Source: Trichoplax adhaerens (lineage: Eukaryota; Animalia; Placozoa). From it: a DNA stretch of 64,000 nt. Location of the stretch: the NCBI RefSeq assembly GCF_000150275.1, contig NW_002060962.1:1130203-1194202 (forward strand), written 5' to 3'. Shown here one piece after another: positions 13,201 to 24,497 of this stretch (within the stretch, counting starts at the first letter, position 1; each line of letters opens with the position of its first letter). The notes beneath the pieces are model-generated. The model saw only the letters and a program-made list of their open reading frames with translations, did not search any database and had not been told where the DNA came from. Both the position numbers and the translations under genes were made by a program.

Positions 13201-14722
13201 GACTACAGGAAACGCAAGGAATATGCAATTGCCGACAGCCTGGCGTACTATGATTTCTCGTAGTACGCTAGCACGGCTTGATATCCAATGCATTGGCTGT
13301 GGACTATACTTCATAAAGTTTGTGCGCAAAGGCACTAAGCTCCGTAAGCCAAATGGGCAGCGCCAACAGAGGCCAGTCCGTTGGATGCCCTCATTGGAAG
13401 ACTGGTGAAGCAGAAGCTTCAGATGTATTTAAATTAGTTACCATATAAATTTTCTAACCTTGCAGTGCTATCATCTTTTTCTAGTGCAGATTTCAAGGAT
13501 TTAACCACCATAGAGGCATCAACTACAAGACAATACAATATCAACATTGTAATTTCATTATCACTGTAACGTTCGTATGCAGACTGCAATCACTGAAATT
13601 AGGTGCAACATACATAGTAATCAATAGAAAAATTGCTAAATTTATTTCAGTATACCTTTAAGATTGAACTTTGTTAGAGCACCGACAGCTTGATAAATCA
13701 AGAATGTAGTGCGGCCATCAAGTATAACATCATTTAGTACTTTTTGAGCATCTTTTGGGGGTGTCAACTAAAATTTGACATTAAAAGCATTTAGGTTAGC
13801 AAAACATAATCCACAGTAAGCAATGCAAACGTTTTATAATAGTTCTACCGTAGACCTATGATCTGTTAATCTGTTTTTGACTGCACCTTAATTCACAGTA
13901 CGCGGCGGCATTAAACAGATTACAACGTTCATAATTTTCTCGATAGAAAAACTAGACACTTACGTTGCATTTTAAACTGTCTCCAATAAACGCACCAAAA
14001 TATAAGTTAACGAGATTCGAAGTCATCGATTTCTTGATAAATGCACAAACATCCTAGTAGAAGTTTTATCATCGTCAAGTGAGATAAACACTAATACGCT
14101 TCGTAAACAGAGTTAAACTAGATTGTATCAAGCTTGGTTAAAGAGTGCTATCTTCTTCTACATACGTATTTAGTCATTAATTTATATCATACCTGGTTTT
14201 CAGGCACTTTTTCATTGAGTGCTTCAAGACCAACAACAGAATAGTATGCAGTTACTAAATCTTTGTAAGGTTGAGCTGCCTTCAGTTTTTGAATTAATTG
14301 CAGAAGATCATTTTCTGGCACGACATCAACCTGTAACGCTGAACAGCAGATTACAAAAAGCGAGAGAGCCAAACAAATCCCTACATTGGAATCAGTAAAT
14401 GTATCGTATTACGTAGGATCAAGAAAAATACCTGAGACGTCGTCAAATATTCATTCATCCAATTATATTTGCGTTTAATTTTACACCGTACATTTCCGTT
14501 TGGTTCATTACTAAGTATATGATTTCTATAGCTATAGGATACAGCATGGATAAATAGATAAATATTGTAATGTACTTTTCGACTTGTGCTGCTTTACATT
14601 TCACATGTTACGTTTCTGCAAGAGCGAATTAATTACTAATCCCTAAATAATTACGGCTGCAACAGTTTATGCTTACTAGGATATTATCAGAGTCAATTAC
14701 AATCTCTCGCGCCAATAAACAT
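10227..14722 (-). CDS. RPN2: Ribophorin II, oligosaccharyltransferase subunit; multi-exon
   Basis: Exons encode QADEIGDKYLQFDGG, KPERGFYTVHF, HVFRVPEKRPPELVSKAFTLLVLSPL, NMFTTLKYLAVIGGITFVSG and a final MKKELR*. Candidate exon 1 (14701-14722) gives the signal peptide MFIGARDWICLALSLFVICCSA; this start is tentative. Confidence 0.93.
13156..13398 (-). ncRNA. SNORA73: U17/snR30 (SNORA73) box H/ACA snoRNA in RPN2 intron 13060-13458
   Basis: The minus strand has a 5' stem TCCAATG...CATTGGA, an H box ATATCA, an internal hairpin GCGTACTACGA...TCATAGTACGC, and a 3' hairpin TGCATATTCCT(m1)...GGGAGATAAACCATGCA(m2). It ends with an ACA box plus 3 nt. These match the conserved U17 motifs AUAUUCCUA and AAACCAU. 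Confidence 0.88.
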
Positions 14723-14982
14723 TATTCAAGTAACCGGTTGTTAAAAAGTAGATATAAACGAATCAACTGATGTCATTGCTGTATTACATTACCCACTACA
14801 TACTGCCGTCATGAGCGTGTTACAATGTAATCCAAACGTTCGAGAGTACTGATTAATTTAAGCATCAAGCGTAGTGTATACAGCACTGCAGTAGGCCACT
14901 TACGGATGCAAATTACCACAGTTGCGCTACAGTGCGACCTTATCAAGCCTGTTTATCCTTAATTAATCAAACTATGGACAGG

Positions 14983-15240
14983 ACTGTACTGTACACTATT
15001 TCCCGATGTAAAAAAAGTACAAACGAAGGCCCCTACTGACAGGTGTGAGAAAAAATAGACAGTACCGCACGAGTGTACGTACAGTACAATACACTGTACG
15101 CTACAGTATAGTACTGTATGTATGTACTGTAGGCAAAGAAGATCATTTCCTTCCTTTTTTTTTACCTCCATGATAACGTACTGCTCACGTGCTCGAAACT
15201 CACAAGTGCAGAACAGTACTTTACCATTTATACTGTACGA
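14983..15240. repeat. Degenerate CAGTA/TACTG pentamer array upstream of RPN2
   Basis: Examples: ACTGTACTGTACACT, GTACAGTACAATACACTGTAC, TACAGTATAGTACTGTA. Confidence 0.7.
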
Positions 15241-16658
15241 TACACTAGCGGGCGTGAAGGACTACACAAAGGAAAAAATTGAAAAAATCAATCAACCGAC
15301 AGAGTAAAATTTCATAACCACTGGATAGTTCAAAATCACATGTTTTTCAACTAGTCTAGCATTTTTTACCTTTAAATCGCTCTAAAGTACGTTAATAAGA
15401 TCCCGTTAACATTCTATAAATTTTATGACGGATTATGGATGAACAATCTATTTTTAATGTGATTCACTCTAAATGGGTAACAAAATTAATTACGAAATTA
15501 ATTTATTGAAAGTCGAGTACGGTATGTAGATAGTGTAGACTAAGTTCTCAAATGCAGTTTTATTCAAATAACGTTTTTTCCATAATATTTCGTCTATCTA
15601 CACATGCGAAAGCTGAAGCTAGTTTAAGCAAAATTATCGAAAATCAAGTAATCCCTTACAGCAACCCATCTTAAATCTTTGCGATTCACGGAACCATTTC
15701 ATAAGAGATAAAATTTATCTTGAACTCATGGCCAGCTAAACGTGTACGCATTGAGAACTAAGTCAAACGAAATAACTACCTCTTTTGATACTTTTTTTGC
15801 TATTCTTAAGTCAAAAATAAGTTTTGCAATTGATCTGCTATAGACTCGGCACCAGGGAAGTATAAACTTTGTAGTCTGATGGCCTTTAGTGTACATACAG
15901 TACTCACTGTGAACTAAATTTACTGAAAAAATTCAAGCACGCGAAAGCCACGAGACGAAATTAGAGTACTGTTCTGCTAGTTGATCGAAGATACCGCAAC
16001 GACCTTATCTATTTTAGACTATATATTTATCAAGGGGAAGCCATACGTCTTTCAACTGCTACTTCAGCACTGCAATTTAAAATTTTAGGTAGAACTATAA
16101 AGCCTTATGAAAACGTGTTCATATTGTGAATAACTATGCTGATCGCTATGCAGGCTAAAAGTCACTACACTACAGTCTATTAGGCTTGATCGAAGTTCTT
16201 TTCTGGATTATTGAATCAGTCTACCAGGAACATTTTAATGTACAGATAATTAAGAGGCCCTGAGTAAAATGCAAAAATTTAACGAACATGACATGTGTAT
16301 TTGAAAACAATTTTCATTAACGGCTAAGGTTGATGAAAGCTTGGGAGTTGCCACGTGGCTAACTTAAAGAAGATTCTCATAGCAAACGAGACACGCTCAA
16401 ACGAAGGATTGATTGTAAAGTGCCGCAATTACTAATTTTTAGTAAGTATAGCTACGAGCATGAAATGCATCGCCTTGCCTATGTTCTACCATGACTTACT
16501 TTATAAGGTCTATTTAGTCCATTAAAACTATGAAAAATTCAAATTGCTACTCTTTAAACAGCATCAATGATAAGTAACAACGTCAAATTCATACCTCGCG
16601 TAGCTGCCATCTTCCGCTTCGAAAAATAGATAGATCGTCTGCAATGCGCTTATGCTCA

Positions 16659-17458
16659 GTGTACTGTATTTACAGCCTAGGATCTTGACTAATCGTACTG
16701 TGTATCAGTCACCAGAAGTACAGTACATTGTACACTGTACAGTGTACAGTACTGTAGAGTACAGTATTTTTCTTTTCGTTTACAGTACTGTACAGTACAG
16801 TACTGGACATTAGTACGGTAGCGTACCGTCTGGACAGAGGGCTTTCGCTACATGCTTTAACCTTTAGTTTTGTACAGTACGCCGAGTTATCAAATACTGT
16901 ACTGTACTGTACTGTACAGTGTACAGTATTTCTGCTATACAGTGTACTGTACTGTACTGTACTGTACAGTGTACAGTACAGTACATAAAAAGAAGGGTCG
17001 CTACTGTACGGTACAGTACAGTACAGTACAGCTTACGCACGTGTCGTTAAAACAAACAAACAAACGAAGAACATTACTAATCTACTGTACTGTATAGAAC
17101 AGTACAAGTGTACAGTAGGTACGGTACATACTGTACAGTACTGTACAGTACAGTACAGTCAGTTACAGTACAGTACAGTACTGTACAGTACAGTGGTTTA
17201 CAGTGTACTGTACTGTACTGTACTGTAGTCTTAGACTGTAGTACAGTACACTCAATTACATGCATACTGAACAATGCATTATGCATTCAGGGATCTGGTA
17301 CAGGCTGCTTGATTGAAATAATGAGCTAGCTAACCTGTGCAGTACAGGATAGTATCTAAAGAAAGCCAGAAAAACAGATTGAGCAATCAGCTTCTGATAC
17401 TGTACAGTACTGTACTGTACACTGTACACTGTGTACACTGCTGTACTGTGTACAGTAT
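16659..17458. repeat. CAGTA/TACTG palindromic pentamer array upstream of NAPRT
   Basis: Alternating (TACTG)n and (CAGTA)n blocks with TGTACA and AGTACT junctions; ends about 80 bp before the ATG at 17537. Confidence 0.95.
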
Positions 17459-17536
17459 TTTAGGATCACTTCTTTGCGTTAGTTTATTGCACCTGATATA
17501 AAAATATAAATAAACAATAAATAGCAAGCTTGTGAA

Positions 17537-20500
17537 ATGGCTACTGAGATGGTGCATCAAGGAATTGTTCAGCCACTGCTTACAGATTTATATCAGATCA
17601 CAATGGCATACGCTTACTGGAAATTTAATAAACAAAGTCAGGCTGCAGTCTTTGAATTATTTTTTCGAAATAACCCATTTAAGGGAGGGTATACAATATT
17701 TGCTGGATTGAGTGATTGCATTGAGTTCGTTTCCAATTTTGCATACAGCAAATCAGGTATGGAGCATACAATTACTACTTGTAGAAGCTATCGCTATAGC
17801 TTTTAATAAGACTATGAAAGCAGACAGTTCCTGTTGAAACTCAGATAGTGTAAATGAATTAGAATATTATTACTTATTCTATCTACGTATTGCCAATGGT
17901 ATTGCTAAGAACAATACACTACTCGGACAGAGTTGCTGTAATCTAGTTTATTTTAATTAATCAACAATGTCTAATTCTGATGGTGCAATAATTACTGTAA
18001 ATAAATAATAACATGCTTTAGAAAATAAATTCATCAAATTCTATCAGATATAGACTATGTAAAATCCATACTGCCATCCTCTGTTGAAGAAGAATTCTTT
18101 CATTTTCTTTCTGGCATACACGGGGACCAGGTTACAATTGCAGCTGTCCCGGAGGGTTCAGTGGTATTTCCCAGAGTGCCTTTGCTAAGAGTTGAAGGTC
18201 CTTTAGCTAGTAAGCAACTTTATCTGTTGTCCTTGATAATATCCTGAAACAAATTTTCGCGAAATAAAATATCGCAACGTCATTTGTGTTAGCTATTATC
18301 AAGAGCATGCAAATTTAGTGATGCAGTGGCTTTATTAGGTAGGAGTGCAATATACAGTACATCATTTAAACTGCTAACTACTGTTTGTCGCTTTAAATGA
18401 ATGGTTGCATGCGTAAAAATCGTAAACTTTCGTAGCTTAGGCATTTTAAACTGCAGTTACTGAGTACCATACTTGTTGCTAATAATGAATATAACTTATT
18501 AAAAAATTGCAATGTTGAGTCGACTACGCCAAATTTATGTGCAGTCATGGAATACATTACCACAGTAGAAGAGGACCGTTTTCTAACGAGTAATTTATTA
18601 TTAGTAGCTTTGAATTCATTTATTAATGTTTACCATGACTACAGCATTTATCTTATTGCAAGGGTAGCTGTCCTACTTATGGAAACAACTTTACTTACCC
18701 TCGTGAATTATGCAAGGTAATGCCATCTCTTTTCTTTAATTTAAAAAGTTCTTGATATTAGGCTTCCTAAGAAAGATGAGCTAAAACTAAAAGCATACCA
18801 TATTTCTGACATAGTTACCATTGACTGCTGTATCGTCCACAATCATTGGGCGCCATTTCAATTCTTACTAACTAAATTAAAATGACTATGTATTACAGCA
18901 GTGTAAATTTTAGAATATGTAGGTGTGCTGGAGTTGCAGCTAGTAATATACTGTATACTGTAAGTTACGTTATATTCTTGTATTTGTGACATATCGTACG
19001 CGTTCGCAATTATGATACAGCATAACACAGTAATATAAATAGTCAGTGTTAATCCAGTCCTGGTCCTAGTGGATTTGTGATGTAGTTATTAATTGGGAAT
19101 ATAAATAAGTGATGCTGCTAAGAATATAGTAATAAGAATCATAGAGTTACGTACAATAAACAATGGACGGTCTATTTGTTTATACGGAGACAGCCTTGTA
19201 ACTACCAACGCAACGAGGTTTCGCCTAACAGCTGGAAATGATAAACCATTATTCGAATTTGGTTTACGCCGTGCTCAGGGACCGAATGGTGGCTTATCTG
19301 CTTCAAGATACTGCTATATCGGAGGTTGTTGACATTAAATTGAATCATTTGCCAAATAGTGTGATACTGTCATGCTACTGTATATATTGAAACTCTAGTC
19401 TATTAGTTTGGCAACATAGGCATTGAGTAAAAGACGACAGACATTAGGATAATAGCCTTTGATTAACTGCATATGCTGTATATCACAGATTATATATGCT
19501 ATTTTCTAAATCAAGGTTTCAATGGTACAAGCAATGTTCTGGCCGGAAAACTTTTCTCAATCCCTGTTGTTGGTACTCATTCTCATGCTTTTGTTATGTC
19601 CTTTTCTGGCTTAACGGATCTTTGTAAAACTCATGTGCAATATGCCACTGGTTCCGATAGCAAGTTGTTTGATTTAAAATGTGGCACACAAAAATGGCTT
19701 ACTCAAATATCCCCAATGCTAGACGTTGCGGAGGATGAGATTATCGAAGGTGAATTGGCTGCATTCATTTCTATTGCAATTGCATTTCCTACAAACTTTT
19801 TGGCACTTGTTGATACTTACGACGTAATCAGGTAAAAATATCTAAACCTCGAAGAGGTGTAACCGCAATATTCGTATTGTGCATGGTGTAGTTCACATTT
19901 CTATATTGAATCTGCTATCAACGGATTGTATTTATTATATTGTATTTATTATATTTATTATTGGATCAAAATAACATATAATTTGATCGCCTTATCGAAC
20001 TTAACTGATGTAGAAGTGGCATACCCTGTTTTTGCGCCGTAACACTTGCATTAGACGAGGCTGGATATCGTGCTAAAGGCATTCGATTAGATTCAGGTGA
20101 CTTGGCTTATCTTTCAAGACAGAGCAGGTGCCAATTTCAACTGTTAGCCGAAAGGTTAGTAAATTATTGCATTGATTTATCACTTCATACTATTGCTGTA
20201 GCTGTTACTGTCAACAAAATGGACAGTGGCTAGCGATTTTTTAAGCTCTTGATTATCTGATATGAATGGTATATAGGTTAAATAAGCCATGGCTTTCATT
20301 ATTAACCATAGTTGCTAGTAATGATATAAATGTGCGGACCATGAATTCCTTAAACCAGCAGGTCTTAATGACTAAATCTAGCTAATTTCAATAATAATAA
20401 TACAATATTTATGTTAGAGATGAATTATTTTTTTGTTACGGTATTCTTTTAGGGTCACCAGATTAATGCATACGGTATTGGAACTCATCTGGTCACTTGC

Positions 20501-21280
20501 CAAGAACAGCCTGCACTTGGCTGCGTATACAAGGTAGTTTATAAGGATCTTTTTTGTAGGTTATTTATAGTAAATGTATGGTTGAAGTTGATTGCTCGTC
20601 TAAGCATCACAATTTCATCTTGATATGAAGTTAGTCGAATTGGACGGTGTTGCTAAAATGAAGTTGACTCAAGAAAGATCTAAATTGTCCTTGCCTGCGA
20701 AAAAGAAAGTGTATAGATTATTTGGAGAAAATGGTAGTAAAGATAGGATTAATGCTTGCATGATGTAGTTACTTGTTTGATCGGTCATGGGTTAGGATCT
20801 CATTGATGTGTAGTAGCTTAAACGCCGAATTTTTTATAATCTGAAGGTAGCCCATTGGCGGATCTCTTGCAGAAATATGATGAATCACCCCCACTTGTCG
20901 ATCAGCAAGTACTTTGCTGTCATCCTTTTCAAGAATCAGAGCGTAAATACATCGTTCCATCTAGAGTAGAAGAGATGAACTGTAACTATTGGATAAAAGG
21001 AAAATCATGTAAAGAAATACCCAAATTAGTAGATATTCGAAATTATTGTCAAAATCAAGTTAATAGCCTAAGAAGGGATCATCAATTACTTTCGAATTTG
21101 AATACGTATAAGGTATCAAACATTTCTTCTTGCATCTTTGTACGTATTTGGACGTATGACATTACTGTAAATCGTTTCTATGTACTGTAGGTTTTTGTTA
21201 GCGATGCCTTGTACCAGACTATGCATAAACTTTGGGTTGGTGATACTACCATGAGGGAGCCTGGTTCTTATCATGAATGA
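17537..21280 (+). CDS. NAPRT: Nicotinate phosphoribosyltransferase; multi-exon
   Basis: Motifs [72 protein letters not shown] and [24 protein letters not shown] lie on GT-AG-bounded exons. Stop codon TGA at 21278-21280. Confidence 0.96.
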
Positions 21281-21506
21281 ATGATCACGGCAATAGGATT
21301 TCAATGTCCTGACCCATCAAATTTTAATCATTTTAATTGGATTTGATACGTGCGTGTATGTTATTATAACATTGCTATCGTTTTTACGTATAAAGTACTG
21401 TATATGGTCTCACCAGGTTTAAATGATGAATGATTTAATTAAAACAATATGCATATAATATGATATCATTTATTTTCTACCTTTACTGATTGCATTAGTA
21501 ATTAAT

Positions 21507-21662
21507 ATACAGTACAGTACTGTATAATTAGTAAATGCTACAGAAGCATTTCATTTATTTAATTTTTAGTCTTCGGAGTTATTTAACATACAGTACAGTT
21601 CTGTATAATTAGTAAATGCTACAGAAGTATTTCATTTATTTAATTTTAGTCTTAGGAGTTAT
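21507..21662. repeat. Two-copy tandem duplication, about 81-bp unit, downstream of NAPRT
   Basis: ATACAGTACAGT(A/T)CTGTATAATTAGTAAATGCTACAGAAG...GGAGTTAT at 21507 and 21588. Confidence 0.9.
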
Positions 21663-22144
21663 GGGCCACTTTAGCGTCCAAATACTCTGTATGATATTAA
21701 GAGGAGTAAACTGGCCAAGAATTCGTTATTCCAAAAAAAAAAAATAATATCAAGTAATAATAATATTTATTTATATATTTCAATGAACCAACTACGCTAG
21801 ACTGAAAAATTGTGAGGTCATATTGGAGACATTGAGAATAAGTTGTCGTTTTCTACAGTACTTGGAGAAGACATTATAACCTGTTGGAAGTGTTATCTAC
21901 TCAACAGAAAGCTATAAAAATGTGTTTATGCCTCGTTCAAGTGAGTTAGTATTGGTCACCTAAGTGAGCTCACTTAAAAGGTGGACTCTATTTCTGTCGT
22001 TTGTAATTGCAAGCTTCGCTTTGTAGCAAATACGTATCTAGCAAATATGTATCTATCAGCTATCATCTGGTATACGCACGCGTACACCGAGTCTGCTAAG
22101 AGCTAATATTTGCCTGTAATATTGCGGGTCATAAAGTGAACGCT

Positions 22145-22470
22145 TACTGTAGAGTAATGTACAGTACGGTACTGTCCAGGTCACCATCGATACAGTAGAG
22201 AGAAAAGGCTTTTACAGTACAGTACTGTACAAAATCGTGAAAAAAACGAATTAAAATCATTTATTTCACCAAAATAAATTATACAGGCATGTTTATGAGA
22301 GCTTCTTCTTTCCACACATAATAATTTTGATGAATTTCGTTGTCAAAATATCGCAAAACATTAGTGTTGATTTCTCTGAAACGAAAAGGATCACGCTGTA
22401 AAGTACAGTACAGTACTGTACAGTACTGTATAGTAGTGTACAGTGTACAGTGCACTGTACTGTACACGAA
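22145..22470. repeat. Smaller CAGTA/TACTG array between convergent loci
   Basis: TACAGTACAGTACTGTACA at ~22213 and AGTACAGTACAGTACTGTACAGTACTGTA at ~22402. Confidence 0.8.
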
Positions 22471-22850
22471 TACCTCTGTAGGTGGTACGGTACGGTTGAG
22501 AACGGTTCAAGGAAGCAGCGGTTGGTGGTTACATACGATGCATTTTTTTTCCATACTGTATCCCTATCATGACCTTACTGTACTCTACTCTACTCTATGG
22601 TACTCTGGCACTACGGCATGAAGCATACTACTATGTTTTAATATGGTAGCATCAAAACAGTATACTATACCATTCAACACCTTGAAGCCTTATCATCATT
22701 ATATCCCATGTGGCAAATTGCCAGTCACTAGCCCCTGTAAAATCTTCCATAGTTGGCAGTCAAAGGTGAAGGCTTTTAACTCTGCCGACTGCTGCCATCT
22801 ACGCGATCATTTACATATTTTAGATATATATTGTATTGCCAGTTGGTGAT

Positions 22851-24066
22851 CTAGATCGCTATCGTCGTTGTAAAATAGAAGGAAGAAAAAGGCAAATCAG
22901 ATCGCCATTTTGTTACGGTGTTGATGATACTGTATTGACTGATTTTAGAACAGTATTGTAGGATAACTGAGTTGAATTCCACTTTAGAAAGCTTAATATC
23001 GTCGTTACAAGCAGTAAACGCGATCCAAAGTGACGGCAAACATGGCCTGTGGTACGCTAAGAACATGGACCATGGCGATCCTCATTTTACAACTGGTATA
23101 GTATAAATTCATTTCTTATTTTTGAAAGACTTTTGATTGGATATTTTCCATTCTCCTTGCTTCTAATCACAAAATTAATACTAATAAATGGATGATACTC
23201 TGTTATTTTACCATCATCTGGCGATAGAGAATGAATCGTCAATCTGCAAAAAAACTCCACTATACGTTCTACTTCATCAGTGACCTGAATCAATCCGTCG
23301 CATACGCATTGACGATAGAATCAGTTAATTGAATTTTGTAAATAACTTTCCGCTGCTGGTTTTGAACAAAACTATCTTAATTAATAGAAAGTAAATTGTA
23401 GTGTATGGTAGACAGCAACAAATGCACCACATAGAGCAACATTATAGTGGATAATGATCCATTCTATCGACAGGCTTAGGTATTTATGTTAGAATGAATC
23501 TTTCAAGTTGTAACGACGACAACGCCATGTAAAATAGCACAGTAGCTGCAGGATGAATTCTACATTTGCAATGTTAATCACGATGTACAATATACAGTGG
23601 AGATAGATAGGATCTTACAAACACTTTAGCATTTTTCCATCGGAAGCAGTAATCGAAGATCCTGTCATGACAAGTATTCGTATTAGTTCCAAATGGGAGT
23701 TGTATATTCAATAATTTCGTTTTCAATCGGTCATAAAATAAATTCCATCGGAGAAACCCTTTTTAAACAAACAATACTCGATTCCAAGCCAGCCGGGCGT
23801 AATCAAATCAAGTGGCTGACTGTAAATTGATTGCAATCATAGCAGTAATCAAAAATACTATTTCGTCACCAGTGAAAAATAAACTTTGTGCACCAACTGC
23901 TGTTATCACATGGAGTTAAAATATTTCCAACTTCAATTAATGGTGCCTTTCTATCTAAATTATTAATAGAGAGCCGGTTATTTGTCAGAAACCACTTACT
24001 GCAGTTGTGATTACAGTATACTGTACCTTGACAATTTTTATTAATCCGAGGGATCAATCCACTCAT
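22851..24066 (-). pseudogene. Degenerate, frameshifted locus with weak resemblance to ERCC4-domain MUS81/EME-family proteins
   Basis: Fragments LTDSIVNAYAT/DGLIQVTDEVERIVEFFCRLT, IRNEFILYQL and PCLPSLWIAFTACNDD resemble, from memory, MUS81 LLQAVTNTQVIDGFFVKRT...YLALLT, VREVFARQL and TPASLLAAYDAC. Joining them needs frame changes and passes stop codons. Confidence 0.3.
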
Positions 24067-24497
24067 TTTATTCTTCCTTTATCATTATCTCTTACTATTT
24101 CCTTCGTACTTATATTGAATGTACAAAACTTAAAGGAAGAGACGCAATAATATTTGTCGTATGCTGAACCTTAATGCACATACTATTTTTTTAAAAAGAA
24201 GGTCGTAACATGATTTCAAGAAATCAATTACTGTAATGTGAAAAAGGCATTGACATTCTATCCTAACCGTAAGCTTATTTCCAATTTGTAAAAGCGCACA
24301 TTCGAGGAAAGATCAGATCTGATTTCGGAAATCAATTTAAAATTGCGTGACAATATTATGGCCTTGTTGGCCTTTTCTTTCAAAATATTGCCCAACTGTA
24401 AGCTTATTGCAGGTTTTGCTTTGCGGTTTTTACACGAGTGTTAATGAATTTGCGGTACTAATTTATTAAAACTACGTTGGTTTAGAATTAGTTTAAA

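Noticed and set aside
13169-13408. 79-aa plus-strand ORF, and an RNase MRP-like TACGGAGCTTA motif
   Set aside because: The ORF is antisense to the GC-rich U17 snoRNA. The MRP-like motif is in the wrong position and has no matching P4 partner.
15209-15978. 13-bp inverted repeat GCAGAACAGTACT / AGTACTGTTCTGC as possible transposon ends
   Set aside because: Half of it is the ubiquitous CAGTACT motif, and the similarity does not extend into the flanks.
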